Shown: positions 50,981 to 63,600 of the stretch, piece after piece | Layout: every line of letters starts with the position of its first letter | Position numbering within the stretch: position 1 is the stretch's first letter | NCBI RefSeq assembly: GCF_006345805.1 | Contig: NC_042998.1 | Location: 11,904,001 to 11,968,000, forward strand | DNA length: 64,000 nt | From: Octopus sinensis | Taxonomy: Eukaryota | Direction: 5' to 3' | Notes under the pieces: model-generated | The model's input: the letters and a program-made list of their open reading frames with translations, nothing else | The model's database searches: none | What the model was told of the DNA's origin: nothing | Program-made: the position numbers and the translations under genes

Positions 50981-52851
50981 GACTGAAGGAAAACTTTTAT
51001 AATAAACAATATATCTGATGTCGCTGTTTCATCAAATAAATTATAATGTCAATAAATAGCATTTCAAATTCTCCAACTTTTTTTCTTTGTGAAGCAAGGA
51101 AAGATATAAAAAGATTCCAACAGGAAAACATAAAAAGGAAACCACACAAACTGTTAATGATGGCTCTGTCAAGATGATTGATAGCAAAAAATACTAGGGG
51201 TGTAATTTACAAATTACTTGGAAGTTTGAATAGTTACTCTGAATATATTTACAAATTCTAGGAAAGAATTAGCCATCTCACTTCAATCTGATCATCTGAA
51301 AATTTTAGTTACAAATGTTTAACATTTGTGTCAATAGTAGTAGCTGCATTGTGAATAAATATTGATAATAAAAATAGAAAAACAAAACATTTTTCATTAA
51401 TATTTCATGTTCATATCTTTTTGTACTTGGCTTTTAGATATAGTTTAAAATTAGCCTTCTCGTATATGTGAAGTACATTTCTCGTAGATGTGAAGTACAG
51501 AATCAAACATATCACATGACTCCTTTTACATTTTAAGTACACATGTCTCTTTACACAAAAATCATTAAGGCTAGATTTCAGATATGGGTCAACATCAAAA
51601 AAGATAGTAAGAAACGATAACAGATTTCTTACATTAACTCAAGGCCCCGCATTTATTTATGGGTGGGATAATTCAATGAGATCGTGTGAGGTTCATGCGT
51701 TTCTCAGGGGTAATTTTGTCGCACTGGAAGTTAATTGACATAAACCGGAAATTGAAAGTGGCTTGTCGAGCCATCGAAACCAATGCATATAATTCGGCAC
51801 CTTCTTATTAAATGGAAAACACACTGAAAGAAGAGTTATTCAAGTATATACATACATATGTATGTAGGCATGTATGTATGTTTATATATTGTATATATAA
51901 TGCATCAACTTATGAAATCTAACGTGTAAATTTTCCAGAAATATTACTTGAGGCATTTAATAACAAATTCTTTACGTCTACAATTTCTGGATGCTTCAAT
52001 TTTATTATTTATATAAATAAAGTAATAAACGAATATAACTTTTAAAATAAATGTATATATTATCAAAATGCATCAAAAGATGCAGGCAAGAAATTGCTGA
52101 ATGTCATAACACAATCAGCTGATCAAACCGGAGATGTTTTTGGAAAATGTGTTGTAAAATTTAAGAAAAAACCGTTAACACGATAATGCACCAAGTAATT
52201 TTGGGCCATCCAGGAGATTTGAGAAATTTCATATAAAACATGAAGCAACACAATCTGAATATCCGCACAGAGAGATTATGTTTATTAAATAGCTGCATAT
52301 ATAAAGGAATATATGTCTATATATCTATATTAGATAGACATGTATGTATATGTAAATAATACACTATGATGCTGTTTTAATATAGTGTATCATATTATAT
52401 AATATATATCATAATATCGTTTAATATTAAATTGTGAATAGCATTTATTCCGAAATTAATAGTAAAGATATAAACTAAATTTTAAAAGAACATTTTAAGG
52501 AAAGGATTTGAAATGTTTATACATGAAATAGATAACACCCTTAGACATTTTGAAACATCGAAACCGAAAGCCGGAGTGTTAAAATAACAACAATAAGAAT
52601 AGCAATAAAAATATATTAACGATAAGAAAACTGTTGACGAACAATAAAATTAGTTAGGATAATGTTTTGTTGAATGACATTATATATATATGTATATACA
52701 TGCATGTATATTTATATATATATATGTGTGTGTATTGTTAGTGTATTTTTCATGTATTTTGTTGTTACTGTAGTTATTTTTGTTATTGCAGTATTTTTCT
52801 TTCTGTGTTTTTTTTTTTTTGCATACAAAAAGAGATATAAATAAAGTAAAC

Positions 52852-53011
52852 CTTGTGACGCTGGTTTGAAGCTATCGGAGTCTGGAGTTGAAAATATCGG
52901 TATTGATCTAGGGTGTCCAGCGAAAGCCAAATGAATTAAAATCCTTCTTTAGGTAGTGGTAGTACGAGTGTTGCATCTTCTCTTGAAGCTGGCGGTGGTT
53001 TAGCTCTCTCA
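52852..53011 (-). other. Candidate 5'-UTR exon of the 239-aa gene, containing a uORF
   Basis: Complex, GC-richer island between simple repeats, with possible acceptor cttAG and donor AG/GTTTAC (weak). Confidence 0.3.
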
Positions 53012-53329
53012 CTAAGATCATAGTTTTGTAGAAAATAATGTAATTGAATGGAATACAATAGAATGGAATAGAATAGGATAGGATAGGATAGAAGACACTA
53101 GAGTGACAGAAAACAAAAGATAATATTAGTTGAGAAGTTGAATAGAAGAGCGAGGAAATGACAAGGGGAAGAGAAAGAAAATGGGTTTGTGTATTAATGT
53201 GAAAGAGTGAGAGATAAGTGTGTTTCCGTACGTGTGAAAGAGAGCGTAAGAAACCTAGAGACGTACATGTGTTTATATGCATATATATATGGTTCTTTGT
53301 ATGTGTTGTATGTGTGTAAACAGAGGAAA

Positions 53330-54125
53330 GAAGAGATGGAGAGTGCGAGATAACACGAACACGCGCACGCACACTAAGTCAGGAAAAGGAAGAGAAAGAG
53401 AGAAATAGAGACAGGAAGACCGATTGAGTGTTTATAACATAGAAGGAGGTTGATTTAAATACGTACATGCACACATATACATGCACACATATACATGCAC
53501 ACAGAGAGAAATATAAATAGATATGTAGACAGATAGAGAGATAGATAGATAGATAGATACACAGATAGATGGAGTTGAAGGAGTGAACGAAGAGAAAAAG
53601 AAGAGCTCAACACTCGAGAGAGAAAGATAGTCACAAGAAAAAGAGACTTGCAAATGTTATTATATAGGGGAGTCTGGAACAAAAGCACAAATTAAAACAA
53701 AAAAAAACAACAAAAATACAAATGAGACGGGGGGAGAGAGACAGACGAGTTTAACGAGACTAAATAAGCGTATGTGTGTATGTGTGTGTGAGTGATTTAA
53801 TGTGTTTGTGTGCGTCTGTTTGTGCGGGAGAGATAGAGATAGAGAGACAGACACAGATGTAGAGAGTTAGAAACAAGTGGAAGAACATGAACAAACAGAT
53901 AGAGAAGAAAAGAAAGAGAAAAGTTAGATGGATAGATTGATAGATAGATAGATAGACAGATAGATAGATATATAGATGGATAGAAATGTAGGTAAATAGA
54001 TAGAAAGTAATAGGTTAAGAGAAAGAGAGAAAGATGGAGAGAGAAAGAAAGAAGAGCAGGAAGGGTAAAGCGATAGAAAGAAGCATGTGAAAATGAAGAA
54101 ACGTAGAAATAAAAATGAGAAAGGA

Positions 54126-54182
<57 letters not shown>

Positions 54183-54185
54183 GAA
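53330..54185. repeat. Strongly purine-skewed low-complexity tract with (GATA)n and (GA)n
   Basis: Direct reading. Confidence 0.85.
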
Positions 54186-54769
54186 AGAAGAGATCGCGGC
54201 TTTATGGTTGAAGCAGGCGAGAGAAAAACACAGTAGCAAGCCGAGAAACTAAACTCGCACAGTGCGGCTTGTAACAAGGCGCGATCACAAGGCGGGAAAC
54301 ACAACAGATAATTGCTATTTCATCATCATCATCATCATCGTCATTAGCATCATCTTTATCATCCTCATTGAGACGATCGTCTTTATTGTGGTTACTAAAA
54401 GAATTTTGGAAATACAAATGGGATCGAGAATGGCTTGTAACTTAAACCCATCAAGTTCAGGGAAAGATAAAATAAGTACCAGTCAGGTACAGTAGAAGAA
54501 AAAGAGAGAGAGAGAGAGAGAAAGAAAGAAATGAGGGAGAAAGAAGTTGCGTGTGTGTATGTGTGTGTGTGTGTGTGTGTGTATGATATACTCGAACGTA
54601 CCCCTCCCCTCTGAAGAGGTTTCATTTTCTTGCCATAACAACAAGTACAATGTTATATAGTTTGTGTTGTTTATAAGATCTTACGTGTATTTTTAATTCA
54701 CGTTAACTATACACTTCTCCCGTCTATATATGCACACACACACATGCTTGTGTGATTATATATGTGTGT

Positions 54770-54774
54770 ATGCA

Positions 54775-54830
<56 letters not shown>

Positions 54831-54855
54831 ATCTGTCTGTCTGTCTGTCTGTCTA

Positions 54856-54908
<53 letters not shown>

Positions 54909-55036
54909 ATTTTTTCGTCTACACATGTTTGAATGTATCAGTCTATCTCATGACAGTGCATGAAATATATATACATACACGCATACACGCAATCCCCACC
55001 GCATATGTATGCAAGTATATATGCACATATATGTGT

Positions 55037-55085
<49 letters not shown>

Positions 55086-55090
55086 GATGG
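54770..55090. repeat. (TATC)n/(TGTC)n/(TG)n microsatellites
   Basis: Direct reading. Confidence 0.92.
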
Positions 55091-55425
55091 ATAGATGTAT
55101 AACTGTTCAGCTGCATATTATGAATGACGAAGAGATTTCCGGGTTTACTCAGTCAGCTAAAAATAGCTGCTAAATCTCCCCACGAATCAGTAACTACGCC
55201 GTTAGCACGTAGGGTACGTTAGTTAATACAGTCCATACGAACATTATAGACGAAAACAAACGACAGGATGATCGTGGTTGGAATGCCTTTCATCAGAGAT
55301 ATATAATCGATCAGGCTTGACCTGGTTTTCCTCAACATCAATATCAAGCATTTTCACCGCACCACCAATATAACAACAACGCGCCAACCAGAACATCGAG
55401 TATATGAATGCATAACGCACATGAA

Positions 55426-55497
<72 letters not shown>

Positions 55498-55801
55498 GTG
55501 TGTGAGTGTGTTTGTATATTATGTTCACGTATGCATGTATATATATATATATCATATATGTTTGTGTTTGTGCGCATCTGATATTATTATGTCACTGAAG
55601 ATTACAAGTGTTGCATTATGTGTTAGCGGTAGGGGTCCATACAAACGGGCATCGTTACGGTGAACGCTTCGGTTATAATCAATGTTGTAAGGTTTTCGCT
55701 TTGGAGCGTTGTGTGTGTGTGTGTGTCTGCGAGTATGTTTGTGCATGTGTGAGTTATGTGTGTGTGTGTGTTTATTTATAAATGTGAATGTATATTATGT
55801 A

Positions 55802-56183
55802 TACTCTTTTACTCTTTTACTTGTTTCAGTCATTTGACTGCGGCCATGCTGGAGCACCGCCTTTTAGTCGAGCAACTCGACCCCGCGACTTATTCTTTTT
55901 GTAAGCCCAGTACTTATTCTATCAATCTCTTTTTGCCGAACCGCTAAGTGACGGGGACGTAAACACACCAGCATCGGTTGTCAAGCAATGCTGGGGGGAC
56001 AAACACAAACACACACACACATACATATATACATATATATACATATATACGACAGGCTTCTTTCAGTTTCCGTCTACCAAATCTACTCACAAGGCATTGG
56101 TCGGCCCGGGGCTATAGCAGAAGACACTTACCCAAGATGCCACGCAGTGGGATTGAACCAAGAACCATGTGGCTGGTTAGCAA
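55802..56183 (-). mobile_element. SINE family A, head cut by (ATT)n
   Basis: Near-identical to 56631-57022. Confidence 0.9.

Positions 56184-56236
<53 letters not shown>
56184..56236. repeat. (ATT)n microsatellite
   Basis: Direct reading. Confidence 0.95.
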
Positions 56237-56247
56237 CAATGTTATAA

Positions 56248-56612
56248 TAATTACCTCCGCCTTAGACGGAGGCGGAGGTGTTGTTTCAGTGGTGTTTGCT
56301 TGTTTGTCCGTGGACGAGATAACTCAAGAACTGCTGGGTGGATTTGCAGGAAACTTTCAGGGGTGTTTGGCACGAACTGATTAGATCTTCGGATTGAACC
56401 GGGACAGGACAAGGATTCTGGGATATTTTTCCTTTTCTTTTTTTTTTACTAAACTTTTGAGAGCGGTCGGGTTTATTTTTAATATTCTCATTTGTGGGAG
56501 CAGTCGAGTTTATTTCAAATATTTTTATTTTAAAAATCATCTCCGGCTAATCATTGAGATGACGTTGGGGTTGCCCTGGTGGACGTTTGCGCTCTCTAAC
56601 TGCTCTTTATTT
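56248..56612 (+). mobile_element. Helentron-associated non-autonomous element (HINE/DINE-1-like)
   Basis: 10-bp hairpin acctccgcct/aggcggaggt near the left end, a following gtttgcttgtttgtcc tract, and a degenerate subterminal repeat ggtggacgt near the right end in a T-rich context. Confidence 0.7.
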
Positions 56613-56630
56613 TAAAAAAAAAAAATTTTT

Positions 56631-57022
56631 TATACTTGTTTCAGTCATTTGACTGATGCTGGAGCACCGCCTTTAGTCGAGCAAATCGACCCCAGGACTT
56701 ATTCTTTGTAAGCCCAGTACTTATTCTATCAATCTCTTTTTGCCGAACCGCTACGTGACGGGGACGTAAACACACCAGCATCGGTTGTCAAGCAATGCTA
56801 GGAGGACAAACACAGACACACAAACACACACATACATATATATATATATACATATATACGACAGGCTTCTTTCAGTTTCCGTCTACCAAATATACTCACA
56901 AGGCATTGGTCGGCCCGGGGCTATAGCAGAAGACACTTGCCCAAGATGCCACGCAGTGGGACTGAACCCGGAACCATGTGGTTGGTTAGCAAGCTACTTA
57001 CCACACAGCCACTCCTGCGCCT
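56631..57022 (-). mobile_element. SINE family A
   Basis: Full module set. Confidence 0.92.
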
Positions 57023-57038
57023 ATTAGTATTATCATTA

Positions 57039-57345
57039 AAACGGCGAGCTGGTAGAATCGTTAGCACGCCGGGTGAAATGCTTAGCAGTATTTCGTCCGC
57101 CGCTGCGTTCTGAGTTCAAATTCCGCCGAGGCGGACTTTACCTTTCATCCTTTCGGGGTCGATAAATTAACTACAAGTGACTCACTGGAGTCGATCTAAT
57201 CGACTTAATCCGTTTTTCGTCTGCCGCTACACTATGAGTTCAAATTCCGTCGAGGTCAAATTTGCCTTTAATCCCTTCGAAGTCGAAAAATTAAGTACCC
57301 AGTTGTATACTGGGTTCGATCTAATCAACTGGTCCCCTCTCCACA
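57039..57345 (+). mobile_element. SINE family B plus a second partial core in tandem
   Basis: Head ggcgagctggtagaatcgttagc; gagttcaaattccg occurs twice. Confidence 0.8.
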
Positions 57346-57383
57346 AATTTCAGAAATAGTATTATTAGTATTAGTATTATTAT

Positions 57384-57440
<57 letters not shown>

Positions 57441-58308
57441 GTTTATCTAAATAAGTCTGATTTGGTCTCATGCGACTTAAAGTTTCCTAGACTTCTTAAA
57501 GAAAGTAGTTCATTGGTCTTACTTATCGGTTAAAAGAGACCGAAGAGTTAGGTATCTATCTATCAATCAATCTATCTTTTTTTTTTTTTTATTTTATTCC
57601 CCCCTTTTTTGTCCTCTTTCTTTCCCTTTACGATCCCTTTTGATCGAAAACCAAACCCCCTTTTTTGTTACCCCCAAAAGAAAAGCTCTACCTTGTAATT
57701 TGTCCTGTCTGTGTGCAGCCCTGTGTGGCAATAAAGAAACATATCTATCTATCTATCTATCTGTCGCAAAAATAACATAACATAAAATAAAATAAAATAA
57801 AATAAACTAACACATATAGAACGATTACTTTTAGCAGTTGCAAACCCAGAAGGCGTGACTAATCTTTATACCACAATCTGTCAAAAACGACAGTGTCGGT
57901 TCAATATACGTCACAACAATTTCTTCCTTGTCATCGAGCATGACAGTCCTACAGACACCTACAGGTTTCCTGTAGCTTTTCCCCTCCCAATCATCAACCA
58001 CTACACTTGTATGCAGTATCTGCTAAAGTATATAGAGCATTGCGATCCGGTTTACTTTTATATTCTCAACTTCCTATATTTTTACAACTTCCTGTGTATG
58101 ATAGCTTCACATAAACATTCATAGTCAGACGTATTCAAGCAAAATAACATAGACGCAACCAGACGCATACAAATCCCTCCCTACATATTCAAACTTGCTA
58201 CGCCCTCTCCTGGTTTTTACCTACTTATAGTCTTCCTGTATATTTTTTCTATAAGAATCTATCTATCTGCGTGCCTGTCTACATTTACATATCAATCAAT
58301 CAATCAAA

Positions 58309-58369
<61 letters not shown>

Positions 58370-58410
58370 AATGTATCAATCTATCTATCTACCTATATGT
58401 ATGTATGTAT

Positions 58411-58481
<71 letters not shown>

Positions 58482-58756
58482 GAATGTATATATATATATG
58501 CATGTGTATATATATGCACATATGTATGTATGTCTATATATGATACAAATAAGAAATGAGAAAGAAACAATTAGCTGTTATATCAGCTTTAGGATATTAG
58601 AATGTTGACCTATTTATTTAACAAAACAAGAATCATAATAACATACATATATACATTAAAATTCAATGTATGTATATATATATAGTAGCAACACCAAATG
58701 GCGGTGCCCCAGCATGGCCACAGCTCATAAGCTGAAACTAGAATCAATCAATCAAT

Positions 58757-58815
<59 letters not shown>

Positions 58816-58855
58816 CATATATATATATATGTATATACATATATATGTATATATA

Positions 58856-58890
<35 letters not shown>

Positions 58891-58992
58891 ATATATGTAT
58901 ATATATATATATCTACATATATGTATGTATATGTATATACATATAAAAGTCTGTATATATATGTTTGTGTATATATATATATATATATATAT

Positions 58993-59158
58993 AGTTAATC
59001 CAAACAAGAAAACACAGAAAAAAAGAGAAAAAAAACACAGCAACGCAGGACGTGGAACAATTAAAGTATTATTGACGGTCAGGAAAGAAGGGAAGGAAAG
59101 ATCCCAAGAAGGGAAGACAGAGGAAAAAATATTTGAGCTGGTGGTGCTCAACAGATCA
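58993..59158 (-). mobile_element. Family D short element within (TA)n
   Basis: Matches 21355-21550 with an internal deletion. Confidence 0.65.
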
Positions 59159-59168
59159 CATATATATG

Positions 59169-59326
<158 letters not shown>

Positions 59327-59394
59327 ATATATATACTATATATATATATATATAATATATATATATATAGATAGATAGATAGATAGATAGATAT

Positions 59395-59555
59395 TATAAA
59401 ATACAGAATGGGACAAGAACGCAAAATAGCCGGACAACTAGGTGATACAAAAATGGGACAACAAAACATCCAGATAGACGATACAAAGAAAGCAAGAACG
59501 GTTCATTCGAAGTTACTCTTTCCTCAGTGAAGTACGAAATTATTTCGGCTGATAT
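59395..59555 (-). mobile_element. Short pLTR-like element between (GATA)n and (TA)n
   Basis: Minus strand has a degenerate ctgagga-a-agag-taa-cttc-gaa hammerhead-like remnant. Assignment is inference. Confidence 0.4.
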
Positions 59556-59583
59556 ATGTATGTGTATAAATATATATACATAT

Positions 59584-59649
<66 letters not shown>

Positions 59650-59650
59650 C

Positions 59651-59710
<60 letters not shown>

Positions 59711-59939
59711 GTATATATATATACATGTATATATATATACACACACATATATATATATATATATATGTATATACATGTATATATATACATGTATATATAT
59801 ACACACATATATATATATATATATATATAACACATATATATATACATATATATATACATATATATATATACATATATATACATAATATATACATATATTT
59901 ATACATATATATATACATATATTATACATAATAATATAC

Positions 59940-59980
<41 letters not shown>

Positions 59981-60633
59981 TCTTTATCCCCGTCTGTCTT
60001 GATAGACAATGGGTTGCGCCAAGGGTGGGGCCTACTTGATGATGTGCAGCGTCTGCTGTGACTGAACAGTCCAATTCTAGAGTGGCAGTCCTTGGTACAG
60101 TTGCTGCACACGAACATCGATGGGTACGTGTGGGGTGTTGCTGCAGTTGTCCTCCTCCTGTCCCGCCTGTCCAACCACAGCTGTGCTCTCCTCTCCTCAG
60201 CCATGGAAACGCCTTTCCTCACCGTCCGACGCCAGGCAGAGCGGTCAGCAGCTGTTTCCTCCCACGTGTCCACACAGATGTTGGCAGTTCTCAGGTCGCG
60301 CTTGCACACGTCCCTGTATCGTAGCTGTGGACGTCCCTTGGGTCGGGATCCCGTGGTGAGTTCGGTGTACAGGATGTCTTTAGGCATGCGACCGTCCTGC
60401 ATGCGGCAGACGTGTCCGAGCCAGCGCAGTCGTCTCCGCACGAGGCGGGCATACATGCTTGGCATATTAGTCTGTTCCAGGACGACTCCGTTTGGTACTC
60501 GGTCCTTCCAGGAGATGCCAAGGATCCGTCGAAGACATCGCATGTGGAAGCCGCTGAGGCGGCATTCCTGCCGGGTGTATGTTGTCCAGCTCTCGCTGCC
60601 GTAGAGTAGGGTGCTCAGCACGCAGGCTCGGTA
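59981..60633 (-). mobile_element. 5'-truncated RTE-clade LINE (ORF C-terminus and 3' end), uninterrupted
   Basis: [72 protein letters not shown]; no stop or frameshift. Confidence 0.95.
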
Positions 60634-60748
60634 CATATATATATATATATGTATATATATGTATATATATATATATGTATAAATATATGTATATATATAG
60701 TATATATATGTATATATATATATGTATATATATATGTATATATATATA

Positions 60749-60797
<49 letters not shown>

Positions 60798-60810
60798 GTA
60801 TATAAGAAGA

Positions 60811-61129
60811 AGGGACAGGCAAACAGGTTGCTTGACCGCATACCGAAAAAATAGAAAAAGCAGTCAAGAATGCTTGTGAAATATATATGCAATATATATG
60901 AAATATATAGCAAAAATATATATGGAATATATATTCAATATGTTTATAATCCAGAAACATGATGTTCACAGATAACCGCCAGACTTCGTATTCGTTATCT
61001 ATTCCTTCTGTTTTGCATATGTGAATTACAGGGTTTGTCATGCCGGAGTCCAACTTTGATAGAAATAAGCATTCTTGACTGCTATTCTATTTTTCGGTAT
61101 GCGGTCAAGCAACCTGTTTGCCTGTCCCT
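60811..61129. repeat. Foldback: arms 60811-60874 / 61067-61129 next to (TA)n
   Basis: agggacaggcaaacaggttgcttgaccgcataccgaaaaatag and its reverse complement. Confidence 0.9.
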
Positions 61130-61256
61130 TTTTTCTATTACAATATATATACTGAACTTTACGAAGTTCTGCCGGTAATCGGCTATATTTACATACCGAA
61201 TTCTACCAGTAAATATTGGGGTTTTAAAAGCTTTATAGAAATTATACTCTTATTAT

Positions 61257-61290
<34 letters not shown>

Positions 61291-61296
<6 letters not shown>

Positions 61297-61470
61297 GATA
61301 AAACCACTATTAGGCAAATCAAACAGTGAAAATCATAAACAAATACATAGAAATAAAATTAATTAATAAAAACTATATAAAATATAAATTCAAAATTCAA
61401 TTATTTAAATTTAATTAATAATTCGAATTACGGTTATAGTCAATCTTCAGGTTAATTATAATATTTAAAT
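61291..61470 (-). mobile_element. Short element related to the 9146/9466 arms, abutting (TA)n
   Basis: attagagataaaaccactattaggcaaatcaaaca versus attagagacaaaaccactattatgcaaatcaaaca; minus-strand ctgaagattgac remnant. Confidence 0.6.
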
Positions 61471-61619
61471 AAATATTCAGAAATATTTAAACAATATTTT
61501 TTAAGAAATAAATAAAATAATAATTTTCCTTATAAAAAAAACTCTAGTATCAAACTAGAAAACATATACATAGATATATACGTATATAGATACATATATA
61601 TATATGTATATATATGCAT

Positions 61620-61682
<63 letters not shown>

Positions 61683-61734
61683 ATATGGGAAACCAGGGAG
61701 TTTTATGTCGCTACCCTCATTTGCACTTCCTACC

Positions 61735-63600
61735 GCTAGGTAGGTTCATCTGGGACACTCGACAGGAAGAGCTCCAGTTTTGACATGAAAACATCTATGT
61801 CCACTTTATGCAGGTCCCTTAGGCTCTTTAGGAGAATATTACAGAGCGGTGGGCCACTGAAACCTCTGAAACTATGGCAGTGTTGGGGTTTTTGGCACTG
61901 TGCAGTGTCGACCCGTTCTGGCATTTGTGTAGCTTTCAGTGCCAATATTTGGCACAATTCCTTCCAGGATCTTCCAAATGTATATTACCGTACATCTCTC
62001 CCGCCTTCGCTCTAAGGAGTAAAGTCTTAGCTGTTTCACCCTTTCCGTGTAGCTGAGCTGTGGCAACAACACAATCTTCTTTATGAAGCTTCGCTGGATT
62101 GCTTCAAGTTTTATATTCAGTTGTGGACGCCGGTAGCAAAGGGTGTGGGATTTTTCAGCATTAAGCTGCATATTATTATCCTCAGCCCATCTGTAAACTG
62201 AGTCCAATACCTGCTGCAGGTGTGCAACATCGCTGCAGTTTTGTATTTTCTGCGAGACTTTCGTATCGTCTGCGTAGCTAGCACGCTTGACTATCCGGGC
62301 AGCTGAAGGCATATCTGAGAGGGCCACTATGAAAAGCAGTGGTCCCATGATTGTGTCCTGTGGAACACAGATCTCTATTTGTGTTTTCATTGAGTGGTCG
62401 TGCCCTGTGGAACACAGCTGTCTATTTGTGTTTTCATTGAGGTGACTCCAAGACCACTATTATCTGAATTCTATCTTTCAGAAAATCATGTAACCACTCT
62501 CCAAGTGTTCCAGCTATGCTGAGATCACGTAGTTTGTGGCATATCATACAATGATCCACTTTATCAAATGCTTTTGCAAAGCCAATGTATATAACGTCCA
62601 CGTTGGTGTTGTTGAGCAACTGCCTCAACACCCAGTCATAGTGTTGTAAGAGCTGCGTCAAGTAGTGATCCAGTTGGTCTGAGCACAACCTGCTCCATGA
62701 GTAGGGCATTGGTGAGGTTGAGCAAGGACTCAAACCGTGCTTGTTTGCAATGAGTCGGTCCTAAGAGCATGAGGCTTTCGAGCCATTTGTCCGTGGGGGA
62801 GTTGAAATCACAGGGTGTTTCAGTTTCATAAGAATTTCTGTAATTCTTGTGAGGCAGTCTTCAAACTTGCCTATGTGCTTTGGAGCATCCGGTGTACGAT
62901 TTGTGTTGCATATGACTATATTATGTTGTGTTATGTATACAATTAGAATGACACATACTAAGTTTTAGTATGACAGTAAGATCTGGTGTGTAAGGTCTTC
63001 AAGGATGTATACAGCAACTCCACCATGGCTCCTTTCTCTTCTGTCTGTCCGCTGTATGATATGTTTTGGTGCGTGTATTTCTGCATCCTCTATATCAGGG
63101 TTCAGATGAGTTTCCACGAGTGCTATGCATAGCTCTTGATTACATGCAAGAAGGTCTTTCAGGAAAAACATTTGCATTTGTTCTTGGGATGCAACAGGAC
63201 CCCAACATTTAATGATAATATTGGCGTGACGACTGTGCAAGTGTTAGAGGAGGCCATCCTATGTCTGTTGATTGTGGCGGGCTTGCACAGTGTTGGGCAA
63301 AGTTCTTTTTTGTGTTTGATGCAGCCAGGTCAGCTGCTGCACAATGTTTTGCGCCATGCACAAACATGACTATTGTTCAGCTGCTGCCATGCACATAACA
63401 TCTGAAGAGCGCACTGCATTTCTATATTTTTTCTTTGGAGACGATTGGTGCCTTTCCTCAGAGGAGTATTTCTCCTTAAGGCCTCTGTAGTTTTGGTGGG
63501 GTATCGGGTGGGCAAATCGGCAGTTTGTACCGTCTTCCCAATGCCAACATTTACCTTGCAGCTAAAATTTGCACGTCCTTGACTTCACTCCAAATTTCTT
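61735..63600 (-). mobile_element. Internally deleted CR1/L2-group LINE (family 2) with ORF1 remnant
   Basis: CKF*LQGKCWHWEDGTNCRFAHP (CCCH-like), IALVETHL, RTDRRERSHGGVAVYI, IYIGFAKAFDKVDH, YADDTK, YSLERRRER; 48-bp tandem duplication near 62358-62440. Confidence 0.88.

Noticed and set aside
50544-51002. 152-aa ORF antisense to the 239-aa gene
   Set aside because: Shadow ORF with no independent splice or start context and no recognisable motifs.
52908-52930. GFRW resembling the melanocortin HFRW core
   Set aside because: Three-residue match with no signal peptide or dibasic cleavage context.
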